Source: Myxococcota bacterium (GTDB taxonomy: Bacteria > Myxococcota_A > UBA796 > SXON01). From it: a DNA stretch of 64,000 nt. Under the pieces are notes generated by a model that did no database searches, was not told the DNA's origin, and was given only the letters and a program-made list of their open reading frames with translations. Of the stretch, positions 46,053 through 55,528 are shown piece by piece; the first letter of the stretch is position 1; each line of letters begins with the position of its first letter. The stretch covers positions 32,001-96,000 of the forward strand of contig JAZKFH010000002.1 in NCBI GenBank assembly GCA_040386535.1. Direction: 5' to 3'. The position numbers were made by a program, and so were the translations under genes.

Positions 46053-47624
46053 ATGACCTTGCGCCGTCCACCCGTGCCGTTCCTCCTCGGTGTCCTGGCG
46101 CTCGGCGCTTGCGTGAAGCCGACCGACGAAGACGTGAAGACGCCGCTGGGCCCCACGCTCCCCGCCGACCCGATCATCGGCATCGCCAACATCGACGACG
46201 ACGACGAGAACGGCGAGTCCGACTGGGACGACGCGGGCCCCGAGGGCGACAACGATCGCGTCTCGGTCGATCTGTCGGGCTTCGGCCCGCTCCAGCTCAC
46301 CCTCGCCGGCGATCTGGACCTGCTCCGGGTGTGGCAGGATGGCGAGATCAAGCTCGACGCCGACCATGCGGACGCGACCATCGAGCCCGGCACGATCGAG
46401 GTGGAGTTCGGGGACTTCCTCGCGATCGGCACGCTCGTCGTCACGCCCACGGACCAGCCCGAGGCCGCCGTGACCCTCGCGCTCACCTCCGCGCCGCTCA
46501 TCCTCAACCACCACCTGGAGGGCGCTGAGCTGGTCGTGGCGATGTCCTCCACGGGCCGATCGGGCAACGAGGCGTTCGTCTCGGGCTTCCAGGACGTGCT
46601 GGGGGGCGCCTTCACCCCGTACGACCTGAACGACTACGGCTTCGACGTCTGGGTGCAGGACGAGCTGGAGTTCGCCACGCTCACGGCGCCCGCCCACCGG
46701 ATGGACGTGGTCATCGACTCCATCCGCACCGACAACAACCGCTACCTCGACAACGTGCCCGAGCGCGAGATGGAGCGGCCCGACACCGCCATCCGCACCT
46801 GGGGCACCGGCCGCGCCACCTCCCAGGACTCCTTCGGCAACCTGGAGGTGTCACCCCCTGTCACGGTGGATGGTGTCGAGTATCCCTTCGGCCGCATCTA
46901 TTGGGGTGACTTCCGCGGGCGCGGTGTCACGGACGAACTGGCGGAGATGCTCGTAGCGCAGCGGGTGCAGGCCCCTTTCCAGATCGACAACAGCTTCCTG
47001 TGCGTCGGGCACGTGGACGAGTTCTCCAGCTTCGTGCCCGATCCCGCCTCGCCGAAGGGCTTCCGGTTCCTGTACGCGGACACGAACCTCGGCCGCTCGT
47101 TCCTCGAGGGGCTCGATCCGGCGCTCTCGCTCCCGCAGTACCGGACCGACCACGGCTACGCCACGGTCGGGGCGATGCTGGAGGACGACTCGTTGTGGGC
47201 GCAGAACGAGGACATGCAGGCGGACTACCTCGATCCGAACCTCGCCATCTTCAAGGCCGAGCTCGGGTTGGACGATGACGACATCATCCTCGTCCCGGCG
47301 GTCTTCGAGGAGAGCGCGGAGTGTGGCGGCGGCGCGCTCGCGCTCATCCCGGCCACGGTCAACATGGTCGTCGCCGACCTGGGGAGCGGCCCCGAGCTGT
47401 TCCTGCCGGACCCGTTCCTCCGCGCCGACGTGGACGACCAATCGACCGACCCGTTCATCGCCGAGGTCGCGTCGCTCCTGCCGTCGACCCTCAACCTGAA
47501 TTGGTTGGACGATTGGGATTGGTACCACATGGCCTGGGGCGAGGTGCACTGCGGCAGCAACACCCGCCGCACCCCGAACCGTGACTGGTGGACCGACGCG
47601 AAGCACCTCCTGGAGGGCGAATGA
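46053..47624 (+). CDS. Protein-arginine deiminase (PADI-type) lipoprotein
   Basis: LGAC lipobox; WVQDELE, DSFGNLEVSPP, YPFGRI, VGHVDEF, GEVHCGSN. Confidence 0.9.
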   Translation: MTLRRPPVPFLLGVLALGACVKPTDEDVKTPLGPTLPADPIIGIANIDDDDENGESDWDDAGPEGDNDRVSVDLSGFGPLQLTLAGDLDLLRVWQDGEIKLDADHADATIEPGTIEVEFGDFLAIGTLVVTPTDQPEAAVTLALTSAPLILNHHLEGAELVVAMSSTGRSGNEAFVSGFQDVLGGAFTPYDLNDYGFDVWVQDELEFATLTAPAHRMDVVIDSIRTDNNRYLDNVPEREMERPDTAIRTWGTGRATSQDSFGNLEVSPPVTVDGVEYPFGRIYWGDFRGRGVTDELAEMLVAQRVQAPFQIDNSFLCVGHVDEFSSFVPDPASPKGFRFLYADTNLGRSFLEGLDPALSLPQYRTDHGYATVGAMLEDDSLWAQNEDMQADYLDPNLAIFKAELGLDDDDIILVPAVFEESAECGGGALALIPATVNMVVADLGSGPELFLPDPFLRADVDDQSTDPFIAEVASLLPSTLNLNWLDDWDWYHMAWGEVHCGSNTRRTPNRDWWTDAKHLLEGE

Positions 47625-48538
47625 GCCTGATCCTGTTCGCCGCCCTCGGGGTGGCCCTCGCCGGAACGCCGGACCTCCGTTCGCCCGAGGCCCTCGGGCT
47701 CGATCCTTCGGGGACCGCGGCCCCCGCCGCCCTCGCCCCCGCCGCGACAGCCGCGCTCGCCGCGCCGGACGCCAGCGCCCTCGCCCGCGCGCCGGTCTCC
47801 GACGGGATGCTCCAGTCGCTGGTGGAGAGCGCCGGCTGGCGCCTCCGCGCGCGTGCTGGCGCCGCGCTTCAGTGGCGCCGTGACTCGACCTTCGCCGCCG
47901 CGGTCGCGACCGCTGCCCCGTTGACCACGCGGAACGGGGCCATCCGGTTCACCGACCGCACGCTCCGCGTGCCCGAAGCGGCCCCGCTCCTCGTCGAACG
48001 GCTCACCTCCTCGGACACCCCGAGCGCCGAACGCGCCGCCCTGGTGGACGCCCTGCGCCTCTCCGGCGGAGACTGGAGCGAGGCCGTCGCGGGCCAGCTC
48101 GCCGTCGAGCCGGACGCCCTGGTGCGGGAGCAGCTCGCGGGCGCCCTGGAGCACGCCGAGGCCGACATCGCGTTCACGGGCCTTGGCCTCGCGGTGTCCG
48201 ATTCGGACGGGGGCGTTCGCGCCGCCGCGCTCCGGGCCATCGGGGAGCGCGCGGATGGGGCCCGGTACGAGGCGTTCATCGTCGCCGCCCTTCGGGACAC
48301 GGATCCCGAGGCGCGGGCCTTGGCCGTGCGCGCGGCCGGCTGGCTGGGCCTCACGAGTACCTGGAACGCCGTGGCAGCCTTGCTCTCGGACCCCGACGCC
48401 GACGTCCGCCTCAAAGCCGTCGCGTCCCTCGAGCGGCTCGACGCGGCCCGCGCGGCAGGGTTGCCCGGGCTCCAGGCGCTCACGCGGGATCCCGACGCGC
48501 GTGTGGCCCGGGCCGCCGAACGCGTGCTCGGCCGGTAG
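47621..48538 (+). CDS. Secreted HEAT-repeat protein
   Basis: ATGA coupling to the PAD gene; signal peptide ..VALA; D.D..VR..A..AL repeats. Confidence 0.82.
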   Translation: MSLILFAALGVALAGTPDLRSPEALGLDPSGTAAPAALAPAATAALAAPDASALARAPVSDGMLQSLVESAGWRLRARAGAALQWRRDSTFAAAVATAAPLTTRNGAIRFTDRTLRVPEAAPLLVERLTSSDTPSAERAALVDALRLSGGDWSEAVAGQLAVEPDALVREQLAGALEHAEADIAFTGLGLAVSDSDGGVRAAALRAIGERADGARYEAFIVAALRDTDPEARALAVRAAGWLGLTSTWNAVAALLSDPDADVRLKAVASLERLDAARAAGLPGLQALTRDPDARVARAAERVLGR

Positions 48539-48605
48539 TCCGCGGACACCCCCTCGGTAGTCCGAGGGGAAAGCGGGCTTATTCCATGCTCATCCCGAGG
48601 CGTGC

Positions 48606-49094
48606 ATGGTGTGGGCGTTTTTGTTGGCGGCGTGTGGTGGGGTGCGTGGCGACCAGGCCGAGGGGCTCGTGCTCAACGAGGTCCTGGCGAAGAACTCGCT
48701 GACCAACGCGGACGAAGCGGGCGAGTTCGACGACTGGGTCGAGGTCTTCAACGGCGGCGCCGAGCCGGTCTCGCGGACGGGGCTCTACCTCTCGGACGAT
48801 GCCAACGCGCCCGGCCGCTGGCCGTTCCCCGAGGGCGAGCCGATCGAGCCCGGCGCCTACGTGCTGGTCTGGTGCGACGGGCAGCCCGAGCAGGGCGATC
48901 TGCACGCCCCCTTCAAGCTCGGCGGGCTGGGCGAGACCGTGGCCCTCTCCTACATCGACGCTGAGGAGCCCAAGGCGCTCGACCACGTGGACTTCGGCGA
49001 ACAGCTGGCCGATGTCGCGTGGGCGCGGGTCCCGGACGGCGGCGCCGAGTGGCTCGCCATGGCACCGACGCCCGGCGAGACGAACGGAGACTGA
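48606..49094 (+). CDS. Lamin-tail domain lipoprotein
   Basis: LAAC; LNEVLAKN, DWVEVFN, YLSDD, FKL..GE, PTPG.TN. Confidence 0.85.
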   Translation: MVWAFLLAACGGVRGDQAEGLVLNEVLAKNSLTNADEAGEFDDWVEVFNGGAEPVSRTGLYLSDDANAPGRWPFPEGEPIEPGAYVLVWCDGQPEQGDLHAPFKLGGLGETVALSYIDAEEPKALDHVDFGEQLADVAWARVPDGGAEWLAMAPTPGETNGD

Positions 49095-49153
49095 GTCACG
49101 ACGAGACCGCCGCGCACGAGGCGCGCAGCCCGCGGTCCGGTTAAACGGCCGAC

Positions 49154-49549
49154 ATGACGTCCGACGAGATTTTGCGTGTCCGCCGCCGCCTCGAAGAGCT
49201 GCGCATCGAAGTGGAGGGCGCGGGTAATGTGGCCGTGCGTGCCGACGATATCGGGTCGGTGCCGAGCGCCGCGGACGAGGACGAAGCCCCGTACCGCGAG
49301 ATGGACCAATCCATTGCGAGCAGCCGGAACCGCGTGCGCGCGGACCAGCTGCTGCGCATCGCGCACGCAGAGCGCCGCCTCGAGGAAGACCCCGAGAGCT
49401 TCGGCCTCTGCGAGAAGTGTGAGGAGCCCATCCCGCCGAAGCGGCTCGAGCTCCTCCCGTTCGTGCGCCGGTGTGTCGACTGCCAGACCGCGGCCGAGAC
49501 CAAGTCGAGCAAGCCGGTGCGCAAGAAGGTCACCGACTACCACGACTGA
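49154..49549 (+). CDS. TraR/DksA family C4 zinc-finger protein
   Basis: FGLCEKCEEPIPPKRLELLP..RCVDCQ. Confidence 0.88.
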   Translation: MTSDEILRVRRRLEELRIEVEGAGNVAVRADDIGSVPSAADEDEAPYREMDQSIASSRNRVRADQLLRIAHAERRLEEDPESFGLCEKCEEPIPPKRLELLPFVRRCVDCQTAAETKSSKPVRKKVTDYHD

Positions 49550-49555
49550 CCGCGG

Positions 49556-50344
49556 CTAGACTGGCTCCTTCTTCGGTGTCTCCCGCGGAGGAGGAGCGTC
49601 CCCGCCCCCGGCTTCCCGCTTCTCCGCCTCGCTTCGCCCCTGTTCGGCAGCGTCGGGGCCAGGTTGTGAACGGGGCGCGGCGCCCCCGACCGGATACCGC
49701 TCCACCGTCACCTGCTCCCGGATCACCGCGACCGAGTCGCCGATGGGCTCGACAGTCACCTGCTCCTGGTGGAGCACCACGTACGCCTCGTTCACGTCCT
49801 GCTTGCGACGGCCGAAGAAGCGCTTGTCGTCGTACTCGGGGCGGTTGTAGAAGTCTGGCTCGTGGGCGGCCTGGGGGGCCGGTGGCGCCGGGGCGGGCGG
49901 GGTGCCAGCCGGTTGCTGCTGTTGCGGCTGCACACTGGCTGGAGGCGGGCTCCTGTCCGGCAGGCCTCCTCCGAACAGCGACCGCTCCTTCTCCGCGTCG
50001 AGCAGCACGGCATCGTAGACAGGCAGCGTGTGCGCCGTCGCGATGGTCACGTCGTCGAGGTACACCCGGTCGAGGGCGTCGTCGAGGCGCGCCCGCCCGA
50101 TCGGCACGATCACGCGTCGGTCCCCCTCGACGTTGGGAAGTGTGCGGTCGAGCGAGAGGACCATGTACCGAGCCTTCATCGCTGCGGTGTCGACGATCAG
50201 CTCGCGCACCTCGCCGATCCGCAGGCTGTCCGCGCCGTACGCCTCCCACCCGCGGATGTCCGGGTTGCCCTCCTTGACCCGGTAGTCTTCGAGCTCCCCG
50301 AGCGGCGCGAGCCGCCGCTTTTGTTGTGTCACCTTCTCCTGCAT
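49556..50344 (-). CDS. PRC-barrel protein with partial YsnF/AvaK (DUF2382)-like tail
   Basis: YRVKEGNPDIRGWE..IGEV.ELIVD..VPIGRARLD; HQEQVTVE/IREQVTVER; AAGGAGG RBS. Confidence 0.8.
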   Translation of the reverse strand: MQEKVTQQKRRLAPLGELEDYRVKEGNPDIRGWEAYGADSLRIGEVRELIVDTAAMKARYMVLSLDRTLPNVEGDRRVIVPIGRARLDDALDRVYLDDVTIATAHTLPVYDAVLLDAEKERSLFGGGLPDRSPPPASVQPQQQQPAGTPPAPAPPAPQAAHEPDFYNRPEYDDKRFFGRRKQDVNEAYVVLHQEQVTVEPIGDSVAVIREQVTVERYPVGGAAPRSQPGPDAAEQGRSEAEKREAGGGDAPPPRETPKKEPV

Positions 50345-50401
50345 CTGTCTCCTCCTTCCGATGACCCACCGTCACGACACCATCGAGCGAACGCTTGGGT
50401 G

Positions 50402-50650
50402 TCAGGCGGGCTCGCGGGTGTCGGGTTCCACGGCGCGATCGACCAGGGGTTCGGACGCGATGGGGAGCGCTTCGGCGTGCGCCTCGTCGAGCGCGTCGTT
50501 CCGAGCAGGCGTCTCCAGCCGTCCCTGCACATCGGGGATTCGGTTGTTTCGCCACAGGAGCCAGCCCACCACGACCACCAGGATGGCCAGGCCGACGAGC
50601 CAGGGAAGGATGTTGGCCTTCGGCCGCTGTTCGATGTCGATGTTTGCCAC
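50402..50650 (-). CDS. Small single-TM protein
   Basis: GGAGG RBS, GTG start; MANIDIEQR..LPWLVGLAILVVVVGWLLW. Confidence 0.65.
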   Translation of the reverse strand: MANIDIEQRPKANILPWLVGLAILVVVVGWLLWRNNRIPDVQGRLETPARNDALDEAHAEALPIASEPLVDRAVEPDTREPA

Positions 50651-50811
50651 GTTCGCCTCCCGGGAGCGGGGCGAACCCGCGGCCGCTCGGCGCGCGTACG
50701 TCGGACCGCTCTCCGACGCTGGATGTACACACCTCCGGGCCGGCTACAGTAGGCGTGACGTGGGTCCCGCCGGAGTTGGCAAGTCTTGACACGGTAATGG
50801 GTGGGAGAGGA

Positions 50812-50839
50812 GGGGGCCCTGCCACACGGGCGGGCCCCC
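50812..50839 (-). terminator. GC-rich hairpin downstream of the CsbD-like gene
   Basis: GGGGGCCC(T)GCC-ACACG-GGCGGGCCCCC; no clear U-tract. Confidence 0.4.
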
Positions 50840-50847
50840 CCTGGCGA

Positions 50848-51153
50848 CTAGACCTTCTCGCCCTTCTTGGGCGTGCCGGTGCCGCCCATGCGGTCACGGT
50901 TGCCGCCCGCGGGGTTCGCGGGGTTGGCCGTGCCCGCGGCGCCGGTCTTCGCCGAGCCCATCTTCGCCGTGAAGTCGGTCAGCTTCTGCTCGGCGATGTC
51001 GCGGGAGTAGCCGTAGCGCTCCTGCAGCTTGCCGAGGAACTGGTCGCGGCGGCCGTCGATCTTCTCCAGATCGTCGTCGGTCAGCTTGGCGAAGGTCTCG
51101 CGGACGGAGGTCTTGTACTGGTTCCAATTGGTCTGGATGCGGTCCCAATTCAT
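50848..51153 (-). CDS. CsbD/YjbJ family stress protein
   Basis: MNWDRIQ.NW...KLTDDDL.KIDGRRDQ..GKLQERYG; AAGGAG RBS; start ATG 51153. Confidence 0.9.
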   Translation of the reverse strand: MNWDRIQTNWNQYKTSVRETFAKLTDDDLEKIDGRRDQFLGKLQERYGYSRDIAEQKLTDFTAKMGSAKTGAAGTANPANPAGGNRDRMGGTGTPKKGEKV

Positions 51154-51374
51154 GATGGAGCTCCTTGGTGGGGGCGGTTTCGAGGAAAGCCAGCCATGTT
51201 CGGCTTGGCCCGATACTTTTAGGGACTGGACCTCATGAGTCAATCACCCTCTGCCAACTCTATTTTCGGGGCTGACCTTGCCGTTCGCATCGGTGGCATG
51301 TGGTGTCACGACGTGCGCGATGGTGGACGAATGGCCGGCCCGCCGCTTACATGCGTGGCCCTCCCACAGTGCCG

Positions 51375-52256
51375 ATGCCCCCCTATTCGCGCCCTCGCCG
51401 CCGTCGCAACCGCACCCCCCTCACGGTCCTGGCCGAGGGGGCGGACTGGATCGTGGTGGCGAAGCCCCCCGCGCTCCTCGTCCACCGCTCCGAGATGTTG
51501 CCGGGCGCCGAGGCCGCGCTCCAGGTCGTGCGGGACCAGGTGGGCCGCCACGTCTACCCCATCCACCGGCTCGACCGGCCCGCGTCCGGCTGCCTCCTCT
51601 TCGCCACCACCCAGGAGTGGGCGGGCCCGCTCTCCGCGGCGATGGCCTCCGCCGACGCCCAGAAGACCTACCTCGCCTTCGTGCGCGGGTACTTCAAGGA
51701 GGAGGGCCCCATCACGGTCGACCGCGCGATGAAGGACGACAACGGCCACCTCCGCGAGGCCGTCTCGACCGTGTGGTGCCTCGGCCGCAGCCACGAGCCG
51801 CGCTGCTCCCTCCTCCGCGTCCAGCCACGCACCGGCCGCTACCACCAGGTGCGCCGCCACGTGCGCGACCTGATGCACCCCATCATCGGCGACACCGACC
51901 ACGGCGACAGCAAGGTGAACCGCTGGTGGCGCGACAACGGCGGCGCCACGCGCCTCGGCCTGCACTGCGCCTCGCTCTCCATCCCCCTGCCGGACGGCAC
52001 CCGCATCGAAGCCGTCAGCCCCCTCTTCGAGGACCACTTCCAGGTCTGGTCCGCCCAACCCTGGTGGGCCGACGCGGTCGCCGCCCAACCCTCCCTCGCC
52101 CTCCCCCCCCTCCCCCTCCGTGACGACCCCACCGCGCGTCGGGTGGCCCGCGTGGCCGACGGAGAAGCTGACATCGGCGACCCGGAGCTCGAGCTCGACG
52201 ACGACATGGTCGACGACGATGATCCCCCGATGGACCCCAACCTGCCGGAGGACTGA
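51375..52256 (+). CDS. truC: RluA-family pseudouridine synthase, TruC-like
   Basis: KPPALLVHRS, HRLDRPASG, TGRYHQVRRH, PIIGD.DHGD; acidic tail. Confidence 0.8.
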   Translation: MPPYSRPRRRRNRTPLTVLAEGADWIVVAKPPALLVHRSEMLPGAEAALQVVRDQVGRHVYPIHRLDRPASGCLLFATTQEWAGPLSAAMASADAQKTYLAFVRGYFKEEGPITVDRAMKDDNGHLREAVSTVWCLGRSHEPRCSLLRVQPRTGRYHQVRRHVRDLMHPIIGDTDHGDSKVNRWWRDNGGATRLGLHCASLSIPLPDGTRIEAVSPLFEDHFQVWSAQPWWADAVAAQPSLALPPLPLRDDPTARRVARVADGEADIGDPELELDDDMVDDDDPPMDPNLPED

Positions 52257-52259
52257 GCC

Positions 52260-53132
52260 ATGCGCGACACCCTCGAAGAGCTCCTCACCCTCCTGCGCCT
52301 CGAACGCATCGAGGAGCGGATCTTCCGCGGCCAGAGCCAGGATCTCGGCTGGGGGTCCGTCTTCGGCGGCCAGGTGCTCGGGCAGGCGTTGTCCGCCGCC
52401 GCGCAGACCGTCCCGTCCGACCGCCCGGTCCACTCGCTCCACGCCTACTTCCTGCGCCAGGGCGACGCGCGGCGCCCCATCGTCTACGAGGTGGATCCCA
52501 TCCGGGACGGCGCCAGCTTCACCACGCGGCGTGTGGTCGCGGTGCAGGGCGGCCACGCGATCTTCAGCCTCGCGTGCTCGTTCCAGGTCGAGGAGCCCGG
52601 CCTCGAGCACGCGGCGGGCATGCCCGACGTGCCGGGCCCCGAGGGGCTCTGGAACGAGCTCGACTACGCGAAGCGCTACGAGGCCAACATCCCCGAGCCG
52701 CTCCGCGCCATGGCCCTGGCCGAGCGCCCGATCGAGATCCGGCCCGTCCAGCGCTTCAACCTGCTCGATCCCAAGCCCGCGCCCGCGCGCCGCCAGCTCT
52801 GGTACCGCGCCACCGGCACGCTCCCGGACGACCCCGCGGTCCATCGCTACCTCCTCGCGTACGCGTCCGACTTCAACTTCCTCGTCACCGCCATGCTCCC
52901 GCACGGCGTCAGCTGGCTCACCCCGGGCCTCCAGGTGGCGAGCCTCGACCACGCCATGTGGTTCCACCGTCCGTTCCGCATGGACGACTGGCTGCTCTAC
53001 GACGTGGAGAGCCCCTCGGCGGGCGGCGCGCGCGGCCTCGTGTTCGGGCGGTTCTACACACGCGACGGCCGGTTGGTCGCCTCGGTCACGCAGGAAGGGT
53101 TGATGCGCGATCGTCGTCAGGCGAAGGAGTAG
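52260..53132 (+). CDS. tesB: Acyl-CoA thioesterase II
   Basis: VFGGQVLGQAL, HSLHAYFL, LAYASD, ASLDHAMWFH, QEGLMR. Confidence 0.95.
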   Translation: MRDTLEELLTLLRLERIEERIFRGQSQDLGWGSVFGGQVLGQALSAAAQTVPSDRPVHSLHAYFLRQGDARRPIVYEVDPIRDGASFTTRRVVAVQGGHAIFSLACSFQVEEPGLEHAAGMPDVPGPEGLWNELDYAKRYEANIPEPLRAMALAERPIEIRPVQRFNLLDPKPAPARRQLWYRATGTLPDDPAVHRYLLAYASDFNFLVTAMLPHGVSWLTPGLQVASLDHAMWFHRPFRMDDWLLYDVESPSAGGARGLVFGRFYTRDGRLVASVTQEGLMRDRRQAKE

Positions 53133-53217
53133 GGTCTCGAGCAGCGTGGGCCCGCGGTGCCCGTCGGGGGCCAGGGCGCCCCCGCCGACCGCGGGCGCGA
53201 CGACGCCACCTCCTCCG

Positions 53218-53874
53218 TCAGCCCGCGCGCCACCCACGAAGCCAGCCCGCCACCGCCGCCACGAGCTCCGTCCGGAAGTCCACGCGCAGCCACGCGAGCG
53301 CGGGCTCGGCGAGCGCCTCGGCCACGGCGGGCGCAGGGGTGGCCATCGGCCCGAGCCCTACGACGAGCGCGTGCGTCCGGAGGAGGAGCCGCGCCACGTC
53401 CCCCGCCTCGAAGCCCGGGATCCACGGCCCGATCGCCGCGTCGGCACGCAACATCTGCTCGCCGAGCGAGCGCTTGAAGGCCCGCGCCGTGTCGAGGTCG
53501 ATGTTCGCCTCGATGACCACGTGAAGGAGCCCCAGGAGGCGCACCATCCGCGGGCGCTCGAGCAGCGTGTCCGCCAACGCCTCGGCGAAGGCAACAGGCG
53601 CCGCCGCTCCGGCGGGGAGCGTGGTGGCGCGATTGGCGAGGGCGTCGAACCATCCCGCGAGATCCTCCGTCAACACCTCGAGGAACAGCGCCTCCTTCGA
53701 CGAGAAGTACAGGTAGCTGGTGCCCTTGGCGAGGCCGGCGCGGCGCGACACGTCCGCCATCGTCACGTCCGCGTAGGGCGTCCCCACGTCGATCGCGGCG
53801 CGGGCGGCGTCCCTGAGCTGGCGGCGCCGATCCTCCTTCGCCTCGGGCGCACGGGCGCGTCGCTGCTCACTCAC
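53218..53874 (-). CDS. TetR family transcriptional regulator
   Basis: VTMADVSRRAGLAKGTSYLYFSSKEALF; GTG 53874 overlaps the SDR stop. Confidence 0.92.
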   Translation of the reverse strand: MSEQRRARAPEAKEDRRRQLRDAARAAIDVGTPYADVTMADVSRRAGLAKGTSYLYFSSKEALFLEVLTEDLAGWFDALANRATTLPAGAAAPVAFAEALADTLLERPRMVRLLGLLHVVIEANIDLDTARAFKRSLGEQMLRADAAIGPWIPGFEAGDVARLLLRTHALVVGLGPMATPAPAVAEALAEPALAWLRVDFRTELVAAVAGWLRGWRAG

Positions 53875-54736
53875 CCCGCGTTCCCACACCGACGCCCGGC
53901 TGCGGGAAGCTCGAGCGCAGGAACGCGTCCCACGCCCAATCGGGCATCACCTGGCGCTGCGTCATGAGGAGTGTCACCGATCCGGTCACCGTGTAGCGGG
54001 CCTTCGGGGACGTCGCCGTGATGGCCTTCTCCACGGTGCGCGCCACGTCCTCGGGGGTGCCCGCCAACGCCGCGAGCGGCCCCTTCTCGTACACCTCGAC
54101 CGTCGACTTCGCCACGGCGGCCGAGAAGCCGCCGTACGCCCCACCCTCCGTCTCCGCGGCGATGTGGTGGCCCACGGCGTCCGCGAAACCTGTGCGGATG
54201 AGCCCCGGCTGCACCAACACGACATCGACGCCGAAGCCCTTCACCTCGAAGCGCAGCGCGTCGGAGATGGCCTCGACCGCGTACTTGGAGGCGTGGTAGG
54301 CGCCGCCGCCGGGGAACGTGAGCGTGCCACCCATCGAGCCGATGTTGACGATCTTGCCCCACCGCTGCGCGCGCATGGCGGGCAGGACCAACTGACACAT
54401 CCGCACCAGGCCGAACACGTTCGTGTCGAACTGGCGCTGCCAGCGATCGAGCGGGATCTCCTCGACCGCGCCCGACTGGCTGTACCCCGCGTTGTTGACG
54501 AGGATCCCCACGGGCCCGGACTCCTCGGTGATGCGGGCGATGGCGGCCACCCGGCTCGCCTCCTCCGCGACGTCGAGCGCCACGGTGCGGCACCCGGCCG
54601 CCACGAGCTCGGTCAGCTGCGCCTCGCTCCGAGCGGTGGCGTACACGGTGTACCCCGCCTTCGCGAGGCGGATGGCGGTGGACTTGCCGATACCGGAGGC
54701 GGCGCCGGTGACGAGGACGACCTTGGAGGGGGACAT
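53867..54736 (-). CDS. Short-chain dehydrogenase/reductase
   Basis: VTGAASGIG, NNAG, YHASK, VQPG; start ATG 54736. Confidence 0.93.
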   Translation of the reverse strand: MSPSKVVLVTGAASGIGKSTAIRLAKAGYTVYATARSEAQLTELVAAGCRTVALDVAEEASRVAAIARITEESGPVGILVNNAGYSQSGAVEEIPLDRWQRQFDTNVFGLVRMCQLVLPAMRAQRWGKIVNIGSMGGTLTFPGGGAYHASKYAVEAISDALRFEVKGFGVDVVLVQPGLIRTGFADAVGHHIAAETEGGAYGGFSAAVAKSTVEVYEKGPLAALAGTPEDVARTVEKAITATSPKARYTVTGSVTLLMTQRQVMPDWAWDAFLRSSFPQPGVGVGTRGE

Positions 54737-54744
54737 GGGCTCCG

Positions 54745-54781
54745 ATGACTGATGGTCAGCTAATAGCTGACCATGGGTCAT
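54745..54781. promoter_or_regulatory. Twin palindromic operator (2x TGAC-N5-GTCA), probable TetR binding site
   Basis: TGACTGATGGTCA (54746-54758) and TGACCATGGGTCA (54768-54780); perfect 11-bp inverted repeat ATGGTCAGCTA/TAGCTGACCAT. Confidence 0.75.
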
Positions 54782-54904
54782 TGCGCCACCGGGATGGAAT
54801 GGTCGCGCACCCGCTACAGGTCGTAGATCGCCTCGCCCTGAGTCCCCCCGATCGGCGTCCGGCCGCGGGAGATTAGCGGCACGCGGCTTGCAATCGGCGA
54901 CCGC

Positions 54905-55486
54905 ATGCGCCTCTACCGCCCCGTCCTCGCCGCCCTCGTCGTCCTCCTCGCACACGTCGGGTGGCTCATCGCGGACGGCCTCTCCGACAGCGAGCGCTCC
55001 GCCGCTGCGCACCCCGCGGACGTGGCGGTGGTGCTCGGGACCACCGCGAACCCGGACGGCACTCTCTCCGAGCGGCTCGAAGCGCGCACGGGCGCCGCCC
55101 TGGCCCTCTACGACGAGAGAAGGGTGCGGCGCATCCTCGTGAGCGGCGCCACGGGCATCGAGGGCGTCAACGAGGCCGAGGCGATGGCGGCGTGGCTCGT
55201 CGCGCGGGGTGTGCCGCGGCGCCACGTGCTGGTCGACCCGGAGGGCTGGAACACCTGGGAGACCGCGCTCCACACGCGCGCCCTGCTCGACGAGGCGGGC
55301 CTCTCCACCGTGGTGGTGGTCAGCAGCTACTACCACCTCCCCCGCACGCGCAGGGCGCTCTCGCGCGCGGGCGTCGACGTGGTGGGCACGCGCCGCGCCG
55401 CGCTCATCTGGGAGCCGCGCGAGGCGTGGTCGATCCTGCGCGAGGTCGTCGCGCTGTACGCCTACGCGTTGCGCGACCGGGCTTGA
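54905..55486 (+). CDS. YdcF/SanA/ElyC (DUF218) family protein
   Basis: VVLG, RLEAR, VSG, EAEAM, NTWET, SSYYHLPR, REV. Confidence 0.88.
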   Translation: MRLYRPVLAALVVLLAHVGWLIADGLSDSERSAAAHPADVAVVLGTTANPDGTLSERLEARTGAALALYDERRVRRILVSGATGIEGVNEAEAMAAWLVARGVPRRHVLVDPEGWNTWETALHTRALLDEAGLSTVVVVSSYYHLPRTRRALSRAGVDVVGTRRAALIWEPREAWSILREVVALYAYALRDRA

Positions 55487-55528
55487 CCCTCGGGCGCGGC
55501 GCTCGCCGACGCGATCAGCGCGCCAGGG

